Assembly: GCF_009914755.1 (NCBI RefSeq)
Contig: NC_060933.1
Length of the DNA stretch: 64,000 bases
From: the human T2T-CHM13v2.0 reference genome, Homo sapiens
Direction: 5' to 3' (one strand)
Part shown: piece after piece, positions 15,125-29,282 of the stretch
Position numbering within the stretch: the stretch's first letter is position 1
Layout of the letters: each line of letters opens with the position of its first letter
The notes under the pieces: model-generated
Seen by the model: the letters and a program-made list of their open reading frames with translations, nothing else
Told to the model about the DNA's origin: nothing
Databases searched by the model: none
Translations under genes and position numbers: made by a program

Positions 15125-17374
15125 CTAGATGGACGTTTTGAAGTCCTTCTCCCATGAAAAATTAAGCCTTGGAATAAACTAAATATGGAGAATGTGCAAA
15201 TGTTTTCTGGATTGTTGATAAAAATGTATAAGACAGTGATTTCTAATATTTTAATACCCTAAATGTTTACATGGATGGATCTTACTCTTCTATAAAAAAT
15301 TAACTTTAAAGAAATTCACATATCATTTGTCCCATGCCTCCAACCTTGAGTGTGGTGTTGCTTTTTAGTTAGTGTCTGTTTCTTGAGAAACCACTGAGGA
15401 AGAAAAACTGCTAGGAAACCAGTAACACTTTATAGTCAATATCTAAGTATAGTTAAAAAGTATTTTGTGTTTGTATAAGACAGACTGTTTAATCAGCCCT
15501 AGCCAATATTTGCTGCTCTCGTGGATTCTTGAACCTGTTTTAGTAACTGAGCCCCGCCACCTAGAGGAGGGTGGTTCTTGTCTGGGAGCCACTGGTCTAC
15601 ACATTCACCTCTGGGAGGGAGTTAAAGTGAGTTGGACTGGAGGGTATAGGCAGAGGTAAATGACTTTTAACATTCCTTCTGGACCTCCTCTTCATGATTA
15701 AGCACTTCTGCTCATACGTTTAAGTTTTGCTACTTTTTTTCTGGCCTGTATCCAGATTTTTACCAATCTGATCTGAAATGAAATTTTTCATTTGATTTTA
15801 AATCAGGCCATTGTAGGGTTTTGAAAGCTCAATGATAGCTTCTCATGTCTTAGCTTTAGTACCCTGAAAGATCATTTTATTAAATGTAAATCCAGATGAT
15901 CTCCTTTGTCTACGATGTCCATTGGTATAAGTGATGTGCACACATTCTACACCTGGCAGGAACTTCAGTTATGCGTGAAAATCTTGAGTTCCCTTCTTAG
16001 TCATGCAACCTTGAATTCCTTGAGAATGTGATTTTTTTATTTTCTTTAAATCTACATTAATAACATAGGGCTGTGAACATCTCATTGAAAAGGATTAGCC
16101 CTTGAGAGAAAAGGGATTTGGATTCTTGACTTGTGCTCATAAGCCCAGGATGGGGAGTTCAGGACCATTGGTTATGGTTATGGGAAACTTGGCCATCCTG
16201 TGTGTAATCCCATGTGGACAACAAAATCTGTTTGGGAAGCAATTATGAGGGTTAATTTTCTTTTAATCTGCTTTATTCTGGGGACTGGACTCTGGTGGCA
16301 GGCAAATAGACTCAATAGTCCAGCCAAGGCAGCCTGCATCCTGGTTCACTGAAAGTCTAAATCCCTTCAGTCTCTTTAAGAACAATGTTTCTTTCAGAAG
16401 TGCCAGAGGCACTGTGTGTAGAAATCAACATTCAGGGCATTTTAGCTATAGGAATAGCTCAGGCTATAACTGGAGATGAAATATTCTCTTCCCATGACTC
16501 TGGCTTAGCCTAGGAAAAAGAAGGTTTTTTTGTTTGTTTGTTTGTTTGTTTGTTTGTTTTTTACTAAGTGGACTACAAAGACATGCAACTGACAAAGGTA
16601 AATCATTCTTAAGTTTTTAGCATTCACAAATCTTAAAAATGGCCATTTATTATCTGCTTTTTGCCAAGCATTGGAGATATGATTCTCTTTAATAAGGAAG
16701 CCAAACAAGTCAACATGCAGGTATAACATAGTACAGGAACTTTGGGGTTAGAGTGATGGAGATTTCCATGGTAGCACAGAGGAGAGGAATCTAACCCAGT
16801 CTGTGACAGTGAATGGGGGAGCTAGGATTAGGGTTTTCCAGATCTTCCTGGAAGAAGAAATATCTAAGCTGAATCTTGAATTATTATTTTTTTTTAAGGT
16901 AAGGAGTTGTAGTTGGGGAAAGTTGAAGTCATAAGGAGGATATAGTATGATGTATGCAGAATGCTAAAAAGCCTTCAGTTCTAGTAGAGCATAAATAGCA
17001 CAATGTTGAGTATCAGGAGAATTAGAAGCAAAGAAGCAAACGTTCTCCAAATGTCACTTGATCATCTCTTTCCTTTTAGCACAATATCCCAAAGGAAAAT
17101 AACTGAAGTGAAATACATATATATGCACACGTGCACACATTTTTTCAAATATAAGGAAAGTGGGTGCTCTGAAAACAATAAAGGTAGTGTTTGAACGAGG
17201 ATTAGCTGAGGTCAAAATTAAAGCCATCAGCCAATAAGCCAGAACTCCAATCTTGTCAGAGCCAAAGAACAAAGAAAAAGTTTTAAGTTCTGACCAGTTC
17301 TTGAAAACCTGGAAAATTTTCCCCAATAGATCCTCAAATGGCCTAACAGCAAGTATTTTTGGGCTTTTTGATTA

Positions 17375-18629
17375 CAGTCATGTGCTGCATAATGATATTT
17401 TTGGTCAACAATGTACTGCATGTATAACGGCAGTCCCATAAGTTTATAATGGAGTTGGAAAAATTTTATTGCATAGTGATGTTGTAAGCCATTGAAATAG
17501 CATAGCAAAACACATTACTTATGTGTTTGTGGTGATGGTGGTGTAAACAAATCTACCACACTGCCAGTTATATAAAAGATTAGCACCTACAGTTATGTGT
17601 GGTACATAATACTTGACAATGATAATAAACAACTATGTTACTGGTTTATGTATTTACTAGACTATGCTTTTGTTTAGAGTGTACTTCTTCTACTTATTAA
17701 AAAAAAGTTAACCGTAAAATAGCCTCAGGCAGATCCTTCAGGAAGTATTCCATAAGACAGCATTGTTATTATAGGATATGACAGCTCTATGCATATTATT
17801 TCCCCTGAAAACCTTCCAGTGGGACAAGGTGTGGAGGTGGAACACTGATATTGATGATCCTGACACAGTTTGGGCTTAGGTTAGTGTTTGTGTTTGTGTC
17901 TTTGTCTTTAACAAAAATGTTTAAAAAGTAAAAAAAAAAAAAAAAAGAAAGAAAATTAAACATTTTAAAAAGAGAAAAAAGCTTATAGAATGAGGATATA
18001 AAGAAAATATTTTTGTACAGCTGTGCAATGTTTGTGTTTTAAGCTAAGTGTTATTACAAAAGAGTCAAAAAGTTAAAATAATTAAAAAGTTATAAAGCAA
18101 AAGAGTTACAGTCAACTAAGATTAATTTATTATTGAAGAAAGAAAAATATTTCTTTATAAATTTATAGTGTAGCCTAAGTGTATAGTGTTTATACAATCC
18201 CAAATAATGTACAGTAACATTTACTAGATTTCATATTTACTCACCTAGCCCTTCACATTTATTCACTTGTTGACACACCCAGAGCAACTTCCAGTCCTGC
18301 AAGCTTGGTTCATGGCAAGTGCCCTGTATAAGTGTAGCATTTTTTTAATCTTTTTTACTGTATCTTTACTGTACCTTTTCTATGTTTAGGTAAGTTGAGA
18401 TACACAAATATTTATCATTGGATTATAGTTGCCTATAGTATCCAGTGTAGTAACACGCTGTACAGTTTTGTAGCCTAGGAATGATAGGCTGTACAATACA
18501 ACCAAGGTGTGTTCTAGGCTATACCCTCTATGTTTATGTAAGTCTACTCTGTGGTGTTCATAAGAGGACAAAATTGTATCATAACACATTTCCCAGAATG
18601 TACCCTCATTGCTAAATGACACATGACTA
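17375..18629. mobile_element. Tigger3b (Golem) TcMar-Tigger non-autonomous DNA transposon
   Basis: TA followed by TIR 'cagtcatgtgctgcataatga' and matching end 'cattgctaaatgacacatgacta'; about 1.25 kb; internal sequence resembles recalled Tigger3b. Confidence 0.85.
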
Positions 18630-20141
18630 CACTTTTTTATTATCCTGATACAGAAACAAGTGTGGAACCAGCAGAAAGAACAGTTGTCCCCTCATTTCAA
18701 AGGGGATAAGCTTTGTTGTTTTGATGATGAGCTTCTTTAGCAGACAGCTAACCACATGCATGCTCAGCTTCATTTATAGCTTGCTGGGCTCAATCTCCAA
18801 CATAATATTGGCCTGAAATACTGCCAAAAAGAAAAAAGGGAGGTATTCTGTATGTAAATAAAATTCCATCCTTTTACTTAAAGGATTTGGGCATTTTAGT
18901 CCTTCATTAACAAACTCTTTGAAGTATGGGTCCCAGCACATCTGTAAAGGGTTGTAGGCTTTTGTAAGACTTTTTGGATTTTGAACAAATTTAACAATTT
19001 CTACAGCATGAATGTCTCGTTGTTTCTTAAAATCGTAGGATTAGAAAAACATATCACTTTAATTTTCCTCTGTCTTAGTCTGAGACTGAGATTTCCATAT
19101 TGGTCAGAAAAGAACATTTCCCAAAAGCAATAGATTTTTACAAAGTCATGGCTAATTTTTATTTTCTTTCTCAGCACAGCATGAGGAGAATTGGAAAACT
19201 CTTATGAGAACTGATAAAGAATACAGAACATGTTCTTTGTTTCTTGGCAAAAGAAACTTCTATCCTAAGTTTTGTGGTTGAGGGAAGCATAAATCAATCC
19301 CCTAAAGAGCCCAAATCATAGTTGGACTCAAGTGGGAAACCACTTTCCTGGTTATGCTTGAGTGGCATCCTTTGGCTGGTTTGGGTAACACACAATTTCC
19401 CCACATTGGAAGGCTTAGGAGTTCCTCTAAGTGGGTTGAATATGCTATGCCTTTTCATTCAAAGAAACTCAATCCATATATTTTACAGAAGTAGGAGGTT
19501 GTCTTTTGAGGCTGCTTGGGAAAGAATGTCTTGTGGCAAATATCAAGCCACCTGAACAAACATGAACACAGCATGGGGCTCCCTAAGAAGGCTTTCTCAG
19601 GATGGAAGGCAGAGTAGTCACTCTGTCTTCATCTCTAGAAAAGCTGAGTGGAGTTTGCTTTCTTAAGAGTGATATGAGACCAAGGCCCGTCTGGCATCCT
19701 GTCTAAATCTTTAGAGGGAAAATGGTGGCAGCCAGGTACATCGTATCTTCTATGAGTTATAGAGGCTGACTTCAGGAGTGGTAACAATGCCAGATTTGGG
19801 AATGAGCCGTTAGACTCTTGTTAGTTTCTTACCCAGTCCTATTTTGGATGCCAGATCAGAAAAGGGGAATGGGAAAAGTCTGGACTATTGAAGTAAGGAA
19901 AGAATACAGATTGCTATTGCTTTAAGCATCTGTGCAAATATAGACAAAGAAGAAACAGGTATTAAACAAGACAGACCTTTACAATAAGAAACATCTTAGG
20001 TTAATATACTTTCCCATCCGGGATAACTGTGGCATTTAGCTATAGGCATTCAAATGGAATAGCACCCTAATTCTTCTGAGAACAGTACTCTTGATTTGGT
20101 GTTGAGGCTGCTCATGGAACCAGATTATGTAAAAAGGTCCT

Positions 20142-20939
<798 letters not shown>

Positions 20940-23269
20940 ATCCTGAAATCAGATCATTGACAAGTCACTGGGAACTCAGTGCCATCAACATGGAAACGGG
21001 TGGTAAACTAGGGGAAAGGCAACAGTTCAGGAACTGGTGAAGCTGTTCTACTGCAGCCCAGGTCAGGAGGCGACAGGCAGCAGATGAGACTGGAAGAACA
21101 GAGAAAGAAGAGAAAGAGCAAAATGCAGCTAAGGAATAGGATTGGCTCATGAGAACTTGGATTCTGGTAGTTTTCGTGTAATTTGACCTGTCCCTGTAGG
21201 ATTGGGAGAAGGCCCTGAAGTCACATGCCACCATCTCCAGATACTGAATCTACAATAGGGCCTTGTGGAATACAAAATAATACCCTTTTTCTTGGATTGC
21301 CACCAGAAGGATTAGTATAGCAGCAGTATAAGAGGGAATTTGATAGTCCTGAAATATTCGCACCTCTTTATCCTTAATGTCCAAACTTGTCCTCATTATC
21401 TTCCTCCATCCCCACTGCCTCAGAAGAATGAAGGTCTGCAGATGTCTGAAGATGACTTGGACTGAAACAACTTGATCCATAATGTGAGCCCATGACTCTA
21501 AGTTACTTATATGTTTTCCGCTCCTACTTTTCTGCTATGTGGGCTTCCAAAGATCGTTTATTTTCTCTTTTGTTTTCACTTTATGGGGCTAACGGTTACA
21601 TTAGAGGAGTTGGTATTGAACTTTTAAAATGTATTATACAGTACTCTGAATTGTTTTAAAGGAAAACATAATATTAATATATATTATCTATCTATCTGTT
21701 GATGACCTGTGTGTTAGTACTAATAACAATAAAATCCCCTAGGCAAATGAATTTGAGGATTATTATAAGTGTGAAAGATCTCAGAGATAGTTTGGGGAAC
21801 AGAGAAAGTTCAAATGAGTGAGGTTTACCACCTCTTATATTGTGAAGGTACAATCTAAGGTGACTATTTCAGCTCTTCCACTTTGGTTCATTTATTCACT
21901 CACTTCTTTGCTATTTCATCCGTTCCTTGATTCAGGCACCTACTAAGTACAGGTACTATGCTAAGTGCTGGGCCTACAAAGCCTGAGAAACCTCCGTCCT
22001 GTCCTTAAAGGGATGCAGAGGCTCTGACTTGGTAGCCTGCCCAGGTTTCTCTTTTTAAATTGGAATTTACATGATTTCTCCATTTAACCATAGATCTCAT
22101 CTCTCCCTACTGTGTTACACATAAATTGATTTATATATTTACATTATCTGCCTAATCTCTGTAAACCATGAAGTTTTAAACCTCAGACTTAAATTTTATT
22201 TGAGAAGAACAGTCTCTGGGGCTGTCCTCATTCCAAACATTAATTCTTGAATTATTCCCAACCTCCCATAGCAACTGGAGACATAGAGTCTGGGAACCAA
22301 GACGAGAATGAGGGAGTTGATGTAAAATGCATGTACACCCACTGAATGAGGATGCAGTGGCAGAATTGGATGCCTTGGTTGGACATTCAGTTGGTAACAA
22401 AAACTCATAATGCTGAAAAGTCTGATTCTTGGTCCTCAGAGAAAAACATTATTCTTTGTGGGAGAATTGAGAGTCAAACTTAATCTTTGAGGAATATGAG
22501 AACTTCATAGGTAAGAAAACTAACCTAACTCCCAGATGGATGACACTGACCTGGTCACCTGGTCACTACAAGAACAATTAAGATCACGTTCCTAAGTGTT
22601 ATTCATGACCTGAGGCAACTGGCAAAGACTTGGCAGTGTCAGCTGACAAACTTCAGGATATTCTGAGTGTGAGGAAAGATGACTGGCAGGTATAAGAATT
22701 CAGATTTGAAACAACACATATACTTGTTCTAATCAGTGCCTAGAATAGTATTGGTCACATAGCAGGTACTTAAAAAATATTTATTAAATTGGATCCTTTT
22801 GTGTACTTGGGGTAGGTGAGTTGGAGTTGGGCAGAGGTAGGCCTACGAGTGGAGCATGTGTAGTTTTTTCCTCCTTTTCTACAAGGTTTATTTCTAAAAG
22901 GCAGAGGGCCAAAGAGGGTAACTTAGTCTGTTGTGCCAGGGCCTGTGGGTACAAAGAGAAGCAAGTGGCTTAACTTCTGTGACCTTTTAGTTCCTCTATG
23001 TATCCTAAAGGATAAGAGAAAGTTCCTTGAGAAGACCACTGCAAAATTATGAGTTTTGAATAAAAGTTATTAAACATTATGTGTGTACTTTATACAGACA
23101 ACAAAATTTGCTCTCTCAAATGGAATCTCAATAGAGAACAAAGAAGGTTTTATAACTGTCTTTTATAACTGTCTACCTAGCTACTAACCTCTAGGTTTTG
23201 ATAGATCAGCCCCATCAACAAATAGCCACCATTTAATAAAACAATGATAATAATAATAATAAGTGGTAG

Positions 23270-24010
23270 TAGTAACAAAAACCACTAATATGGAGGCCTA
23301 CTCTAAGCCAATCACCATGTTAATCTCTTTGCCCATATTCATTACTGCATTTCAACCTTGCAACAACCTTGAAAGGTAGGAGTAACTTTTCAATGTCATT
23401 AAATACTGAAGCTGGAGCTCAGTGTAATTAAAGAACTTGTCCAAGGCTTCACAGCTAGTAAAATATAACCAGGTCATAATGCAGGTCAGTTTTGTTCCAA
23501 ATATATAGTCTTTACTCTTCATCACTTTCCCTCCCCAGCCTACACGCATAGGAATGGAAAAGATGAGCTTCTATTTTTGTGTCACATAATTTATATAGTC
23601 TAGGGTTGTTTAATCCAAGCCTTTTGATAACCTTGTACAATAAATATTATGGCAGAAATTGCTATTATCCCCACTTAACAGAATAGAAAACTGTGACTCA
23701 GAAAGGTGTTTAATTTCCCTACAGTTATCCCAGGAACTAGAGCTCATGTCATCTTGACTCCAAAGTTGCCTTTTTTCCATTATACTGATAGGTTTTCTGC
23801 TTATCGAGCAGCTCCGCTGTGTGAGGCACAATTCTAGATGCTTTTGGGGGAAAGTAATCATTAATTCTCACAAATATTCCATGAAGAAAATGTTCTCAGT
23901 ACCATTTTGTTGATGAGGAATCTGATCTTTAGAGAGTTTAAGTAAGTATAAGTGGTCTGTCATCAAAAGTTAATAGACCTGGATCTGTCACAATTGCTGA
24001 GGTCTCCCAT
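23270..24010. mobile_element. Cluster of about three tandem MIR fragments
   Basis: Repeated MIR-core variants: 'aagaacttgtccaaggcttcacagctagt', 'tatccccacttaacagaatagaaaactgtgactcaga', 'ccattttgttgatgaggaatctga'. Confidence 0.6.
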
Positions 24011-24371
24011 ATAGCCATATTGTGATTATTTATATGATTTATTAGTCACTGAGGTGTCCCTTATAACATTTTCCCCTTTCCCATATGCCTATTGTAGGAA
24101 TCATAATGCTACCATTGGACATTTATTTCTTTGGTATACATTATTTCTCCCTCTGGTTGGAAAAGCTTACTATGGAGATACAGATTTTGATGGAGAGCAC
24201 AGAGGAAGGGATTTTTTTGGAACATGAGGTCTAACTTTTGGAGGGCTTACCCAAGTGGGGTTTCCCCAGTGGGGAGCTGAGGAAACCAGTGACCAGCAGA
24301 AGACATGGCAATGGAAAGTATGAAAGTGCCTTACTCTGCCAGTGGGGCATGCTGAGGGCATGTTGGTTAGA

Positions 24372-24553
24372 TTAGAGATTCTCAAACACAAAGATCGTTT
24401 GGAGAGCCTCTTAAAACACAGATCGCTGGGCCCCACTCTCAGAGTTTCTGATTCAGAAGGTCTGGCTTGGTGTCTGAGGATCTGCAGTTCTAGCAAGTTC
24501 CCCGGTGATCCTAAGGTTGCTGGTTTAGGGACCACACCCTGAGAACCATGGTT
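24372..24553. mobile_element. MER5A-type hAT-Charlie MITE
   Basis: 'cagatcgctgggccccactctcagagtttctgattcagaaggtctgg...ggaccacaccctgagaacca'. Confidence 0.85.
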
Positions 24554-27500
24554 CTATAGTCTGACTGAGAATCGTGAGGTGAAATGGTATCTGGAAGGGG
24601 AGAAATGCCCAGCACTATGGTGTCTGGTCATCTTCTACTAGGTAAAATGATGTCTATTGTATACAAAATGTGATGGGGGAAGACATAGATAGAGGAAGAA
24701 GAAGCCAGTAGGAATTGAAGACTTTCTTTACATGAACACCAGATATTTTATATTATCTCTCATTTTGTAGTAGGTAAACAGCATAGCTAAAAAATTTGTA
24801 AGGAAAACAGTTAATAAACACTAAACACTATCTTCCATGAATGTAAATTTAGACAACACAAAAATATATAGACCTGTTATTTAATACGTGTATTAGAAGT
24901 AACTCAAAAGCAACATACGTACACCTGGATAGAACTGAAACGGTCATTTATTAATAGGAAAAATCCCAGTTTCTTCCTTTTCCTGGCATATGTGGTTGAC
25001 TAGAAAATCAGAAAACAGATCCTCATTATAATGCATTTGTGTAAAATGGTGAATTTTCTCTTTATATCCTTTACATTTAGAAGACTTTGATTTGATTCCA
25101 AATTTCACACACTTTGCTTGACCTCATGAATTTAAGGTACAAACGGGTGGCTCAGAATTCTTGGCTGTTTATTTCCTGAATCCCAGAGAGTAGTGTGCTT
25201 AATAACTGATGATGTGTGATGAATTTTCAGTGAATGCCTCTGGGGGGAATGTTCTGACTTGCAGCTCAGAGAGAAGCTGGAGCAGAAAGCAAAGGAGAAG
25301 GTTGCAAATCCCTTAATGAAATTTTTAATAAAAGAAGCTTTGAATGCATGCTTTTTTCAAATCATTGCATCCGACCATTTTTGAGAGTCGACATAACTGA
25401 TCAAGAGAGTGAGTATTAAGAATGCAAAAAGACAGCACAATTAAAGAGAAAGGCACATCTGGGAGCAGGAGAAGGCCAGAAAGTAGCTTTGAACCTGGAT
25501 GGGGAAGTTTTCATGGTGGCCAGTTATTTTGGAGACTTTTTCGGATTCCTATCTTTCAGTTTCTTAACCTTAAAGTAAAACTGCGCAGAACTTTGTACAG
25601 ACCACCTCTACCACCACCCCATTCTATTCCTAGAGTTTCCTTAGTGAGCGGAAGCAAACTTTGTGCAAGAATACTACAGGGCCGATCTTTGTCAGGAGAG
25701 TGATGGGAACTGAGAATCAGTGAGGAAGTAAGCTGTGTGTAGGTGCTTCTTGAGAGCTAAGTCATCAACTTCACTTCTCTCCCAGGCTGTTTTTGCTCTT
25801 CACTCCATGGAGAGCCTCCTTTCCAGATGGCACTGAAGGCACCTGATGGATTTCATTTCTGCTAGTCAGATGTCAGACTCCTTCTCAAAAGGGATAATGA
25901 GCAGATAGCAGGGGTCTCAATGAAGAGATATCCTGTGATACCTAGATCCCCAAACTACACTTACCTCTCAGTACAAAAGGCAGTGGTCTTGTTTGAAAGA
26001 AGGGGAAACAGCCACTTTCTTCCATTTTTCTTTTGTTTGAAAACAGTAAGTATTGTTTTTAAGCCTTCCTCAGAGTCAGAACGCAGGTATGCATTGACCT
26101 CAAAGGTCCTCATGGTATTCTCTAACAAATGTAAATAAAAAGCTGTTGCAAGCCTGCTGAATGAGAAAGACAATGAGGAAAGGCACAGTTGTCTTCTCAA
26201 CAATTATTTGCAGACTTCATTAATAAATTCTCCTCTGAAGCAGCAATCAAGCAGATTCTTCCCCTTGGCAAGATGTTTAACTGCTTCACAGAAACAGCTG
26301 TAATCAGACCAAGATTAGAACAGAGGGAGGCTTACTTTACGTATTTCCTCCTGTAGTTTGTGAACAAGCGTACGAGGTACTAGGCAAGTAGGTTTCCCAA
26401 CAGTTCTGTGTATAGCCCCTCAGGAGTCCTCATTCATTGACATACTTATATGTGTGGTTGAAAGTTTCCCTCTGCCCTATTTTTGAATCTTTTGTGTTTT
26501 ATCAAAAACAGAATGAAGTACTCTCTCTGTATGTTTACATTGAAAGTTGGGGAGGGGGTAACTCAAAAGACCCCACTGAGGTGTAATTCATTGCAGGTTG
26601 TGTTATAGGGTAGGGAAAATAAAGGGGTTGAGGAGAAAAAAAGATTTTTTTTTTTCAAAAAGGATTTTGTGGCTTTTGGCACTGTTAATAATTTGTGTGG
26701 AAAAATAATGTTTTTTTTGTGTGTTTAATCCTGTGCCAAGGCAGCTGCTGGTGCAGTAGCGTTCTGCAACAAATTAGAGGGCAGTTAAAGCGAGATTTTC
26801 CACCATCAAGAACAAAGCAAGGCCAGTTAGCATGAGGACAGCTTGTTCTAGTTGCTAATGTGCTTAGAAACTTGCTGCACATAATTTGAAACAGCTTTTG
26901 TGTGAGGATGCCGTGGCTCCGGTTTCTGAGGTCTAGTTCTAATTCCAAATCAAATGGAAGCAGCTGAATTAGAAAATGACAAGTTATGCACTGACGTCGT
27001 CTGTCCTGGCTACAGAGATAATTTTTTTCATCATTGCTATTGATATGAAAGTTAATTCCCTTCAATATTAAAATATTTAATGGGTGACAGCTGTCTGAAA
27101 TATGAAGCCTGCAGCCCCTATTTACCAAAGGAGAGCTCTCAATAACTGTGTGGCAGCTCTAACACACTTACAAATTATTTAAAGATGTATTACCTTTGCT
27201 GGTAAGGAAGCAGATGTTAAAAAGCTTCAGTGCCTCCTTAAAAGTTGATCTGAACCTCAAGAGTTTTAAACAATGTTGCTTTTTATTTCACTGGCTTGGA
27301 ATTAAATGGGATTCCTTGGTTGCAATGCATTGGAAAAGAGCATGCTGGAGTCCAAATACCTTTCAGTGCTTAGAATTTAAAACTTTCATTTGTAACTCGG
27401 ATAGGCTGTAGAGAATTAAATCTAGGTGGGAGAGAAATAGGAGAAGGCAGATTTTTAGCTGGAGTTTTTTGCCTACTTAAAGACGAGCTGGGCACAGCTA

Positions 27501-28071
27501 TAGTGGTGAGAGGTTTTAGATCCCGTGTGCGCAAGAAATGAGTTCAGTTCCTAAATTCACATTCATCAGGCTGAATATTAAGTACTTCTTAAAGGCCAAG
27601 TGCACTGCTGACACCCTCACTAATAGGATTTCAAATGGTATAGTTATAACTATTCTAGAAAATACTAATAAACGACATTAAGGTCTAAAGAAGGCCTTGA
27701 AGAAATTTCAGAGATCAAAATTTCTTTGTAGACTGTATACACATGAAGAAAAATGAAAGGATTTTAGCTAAGTTAAGATAAATAGAAGAATTTTATTCAA
27801 AGGAAGTTTCAGAAAACCTGTCTTTCATCCATATTATACCACTGCATCTGGGGTTGGAAAATTTCGCACTTTTTTTTTTCTACAGAATATCAAATATGGG
27901 CTTCTTGAATTCACTTACTTTCAGAAAAAATGCAAATTGACCAAGTATTTAGTATGTATAAGCAGTTATTTCTCTCGAGTTGAAGTTAAGTGAACTGGAA
28001 ATTAGGGATTGGAGAAAAAAAGTGTGGGGAGGTCCTCTTAACACACAGGAAAATAGAGCAGCTACTCAATT

Positions 28072-28180
28072 GGTGAAGGGCTACTGAGTGTGGTTGTGCA
28101 AGTTGTACACTGCACAACTCAGGGAGTGCTATTCAGTTTGTAGTTAGACAGTGTATAATGTGTATGACCACCCATAGTTA
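28072..28180. mobile_element. MER91-like hAT-Tip100 relic
   Basis: Quasi-palindromic core 'gttgtgcaagttgtacactgcacaactc'. Confidence 0.5.
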
Positions 28181-29003
28181 TACCTGAATTGGTGTGATTT
28201 TAAGGTACATGGACAGATTTATCTGTCTAGATATTCCCATATGGACAATCACAGTACCTGATTATCTCCTCCGAGTACCTTTATAAGGGATAAGATTTAA
28301 ATATTTTATATAAGGGACATTATCAATGAAGAATGATACTGTAGTTAGCTAACATATTAACCTCCCCGTACTTTTCTTGGCAAAAGAGGCATTGTCGCTA
28401 TTATAAATCAGGACGCTAAAAGAAATGAATATAGGACAGATCAGTTTTAATAGTGAAATAGGAAAATATTAGAAGCTTAAGGGCCTGTTTAGCCAAAGAA
28501 GATGCATAATATGGTATCTTAAGCAGCAAAGAAAATCTGGGGGTATTGAGGACCCGGGTTGAGAAGATACAGAAAAGAGGAGGAAAAGCTTGGCATATTT
28601 TAGAATTTTTCATAGGGCTATCTTAATTACAGAAACAAATATTCATTTAAAATTTCCAATTATTTCTGTCTCCAGATTAGTAGGAAAAGGCCTGCAAGAA
28701 TATATTAAAACTTTTTTTTTCTTATTCAACTTCTATAAAGGCTAATTGGTCTTTCCAAGATTTAGCATTTCAACAAATACTTGTTGGGTAGCTCTTATCG
28801 AACAGACATGGTAGAACATATGCAATGGCACATGTCAAAGTTCTTAACCTCAACTGGCAGACATTTAAGTAAGAGACATAAAGTAAGCTAAGCACATTCA
28901 CAACAGCATTAAAGAGTTATAGGGATTTAAAGAAGGTGGAGATCACATATGGTTGAGGTGGGGAGTGGGTCAAGGAAAGTTTTCTGATGAAGGTGCTGTA
29001 TTT

Positions 29004-29282
<279 letters not shown>

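Noticed and set aside
20965-21130. Minus-strand pyrimidine tract plus CAG that looks like an exon start (89-aa ORF)
   Set aside because: The downstream sequence resembles decayed L2, and there is no convincing donor or protein similarity.
22439-22510. Plus-strand AG...GTAAGA exon-like segment
   Set aside because: It has stops in all three frames, a weak acceptor, and an L2-like context.
26685-27128. 147-aa minus-strand ORF
   Set aside because: It has a non-ATG start, no recognisable domain and no splice support; regulatory sequence explains it better.
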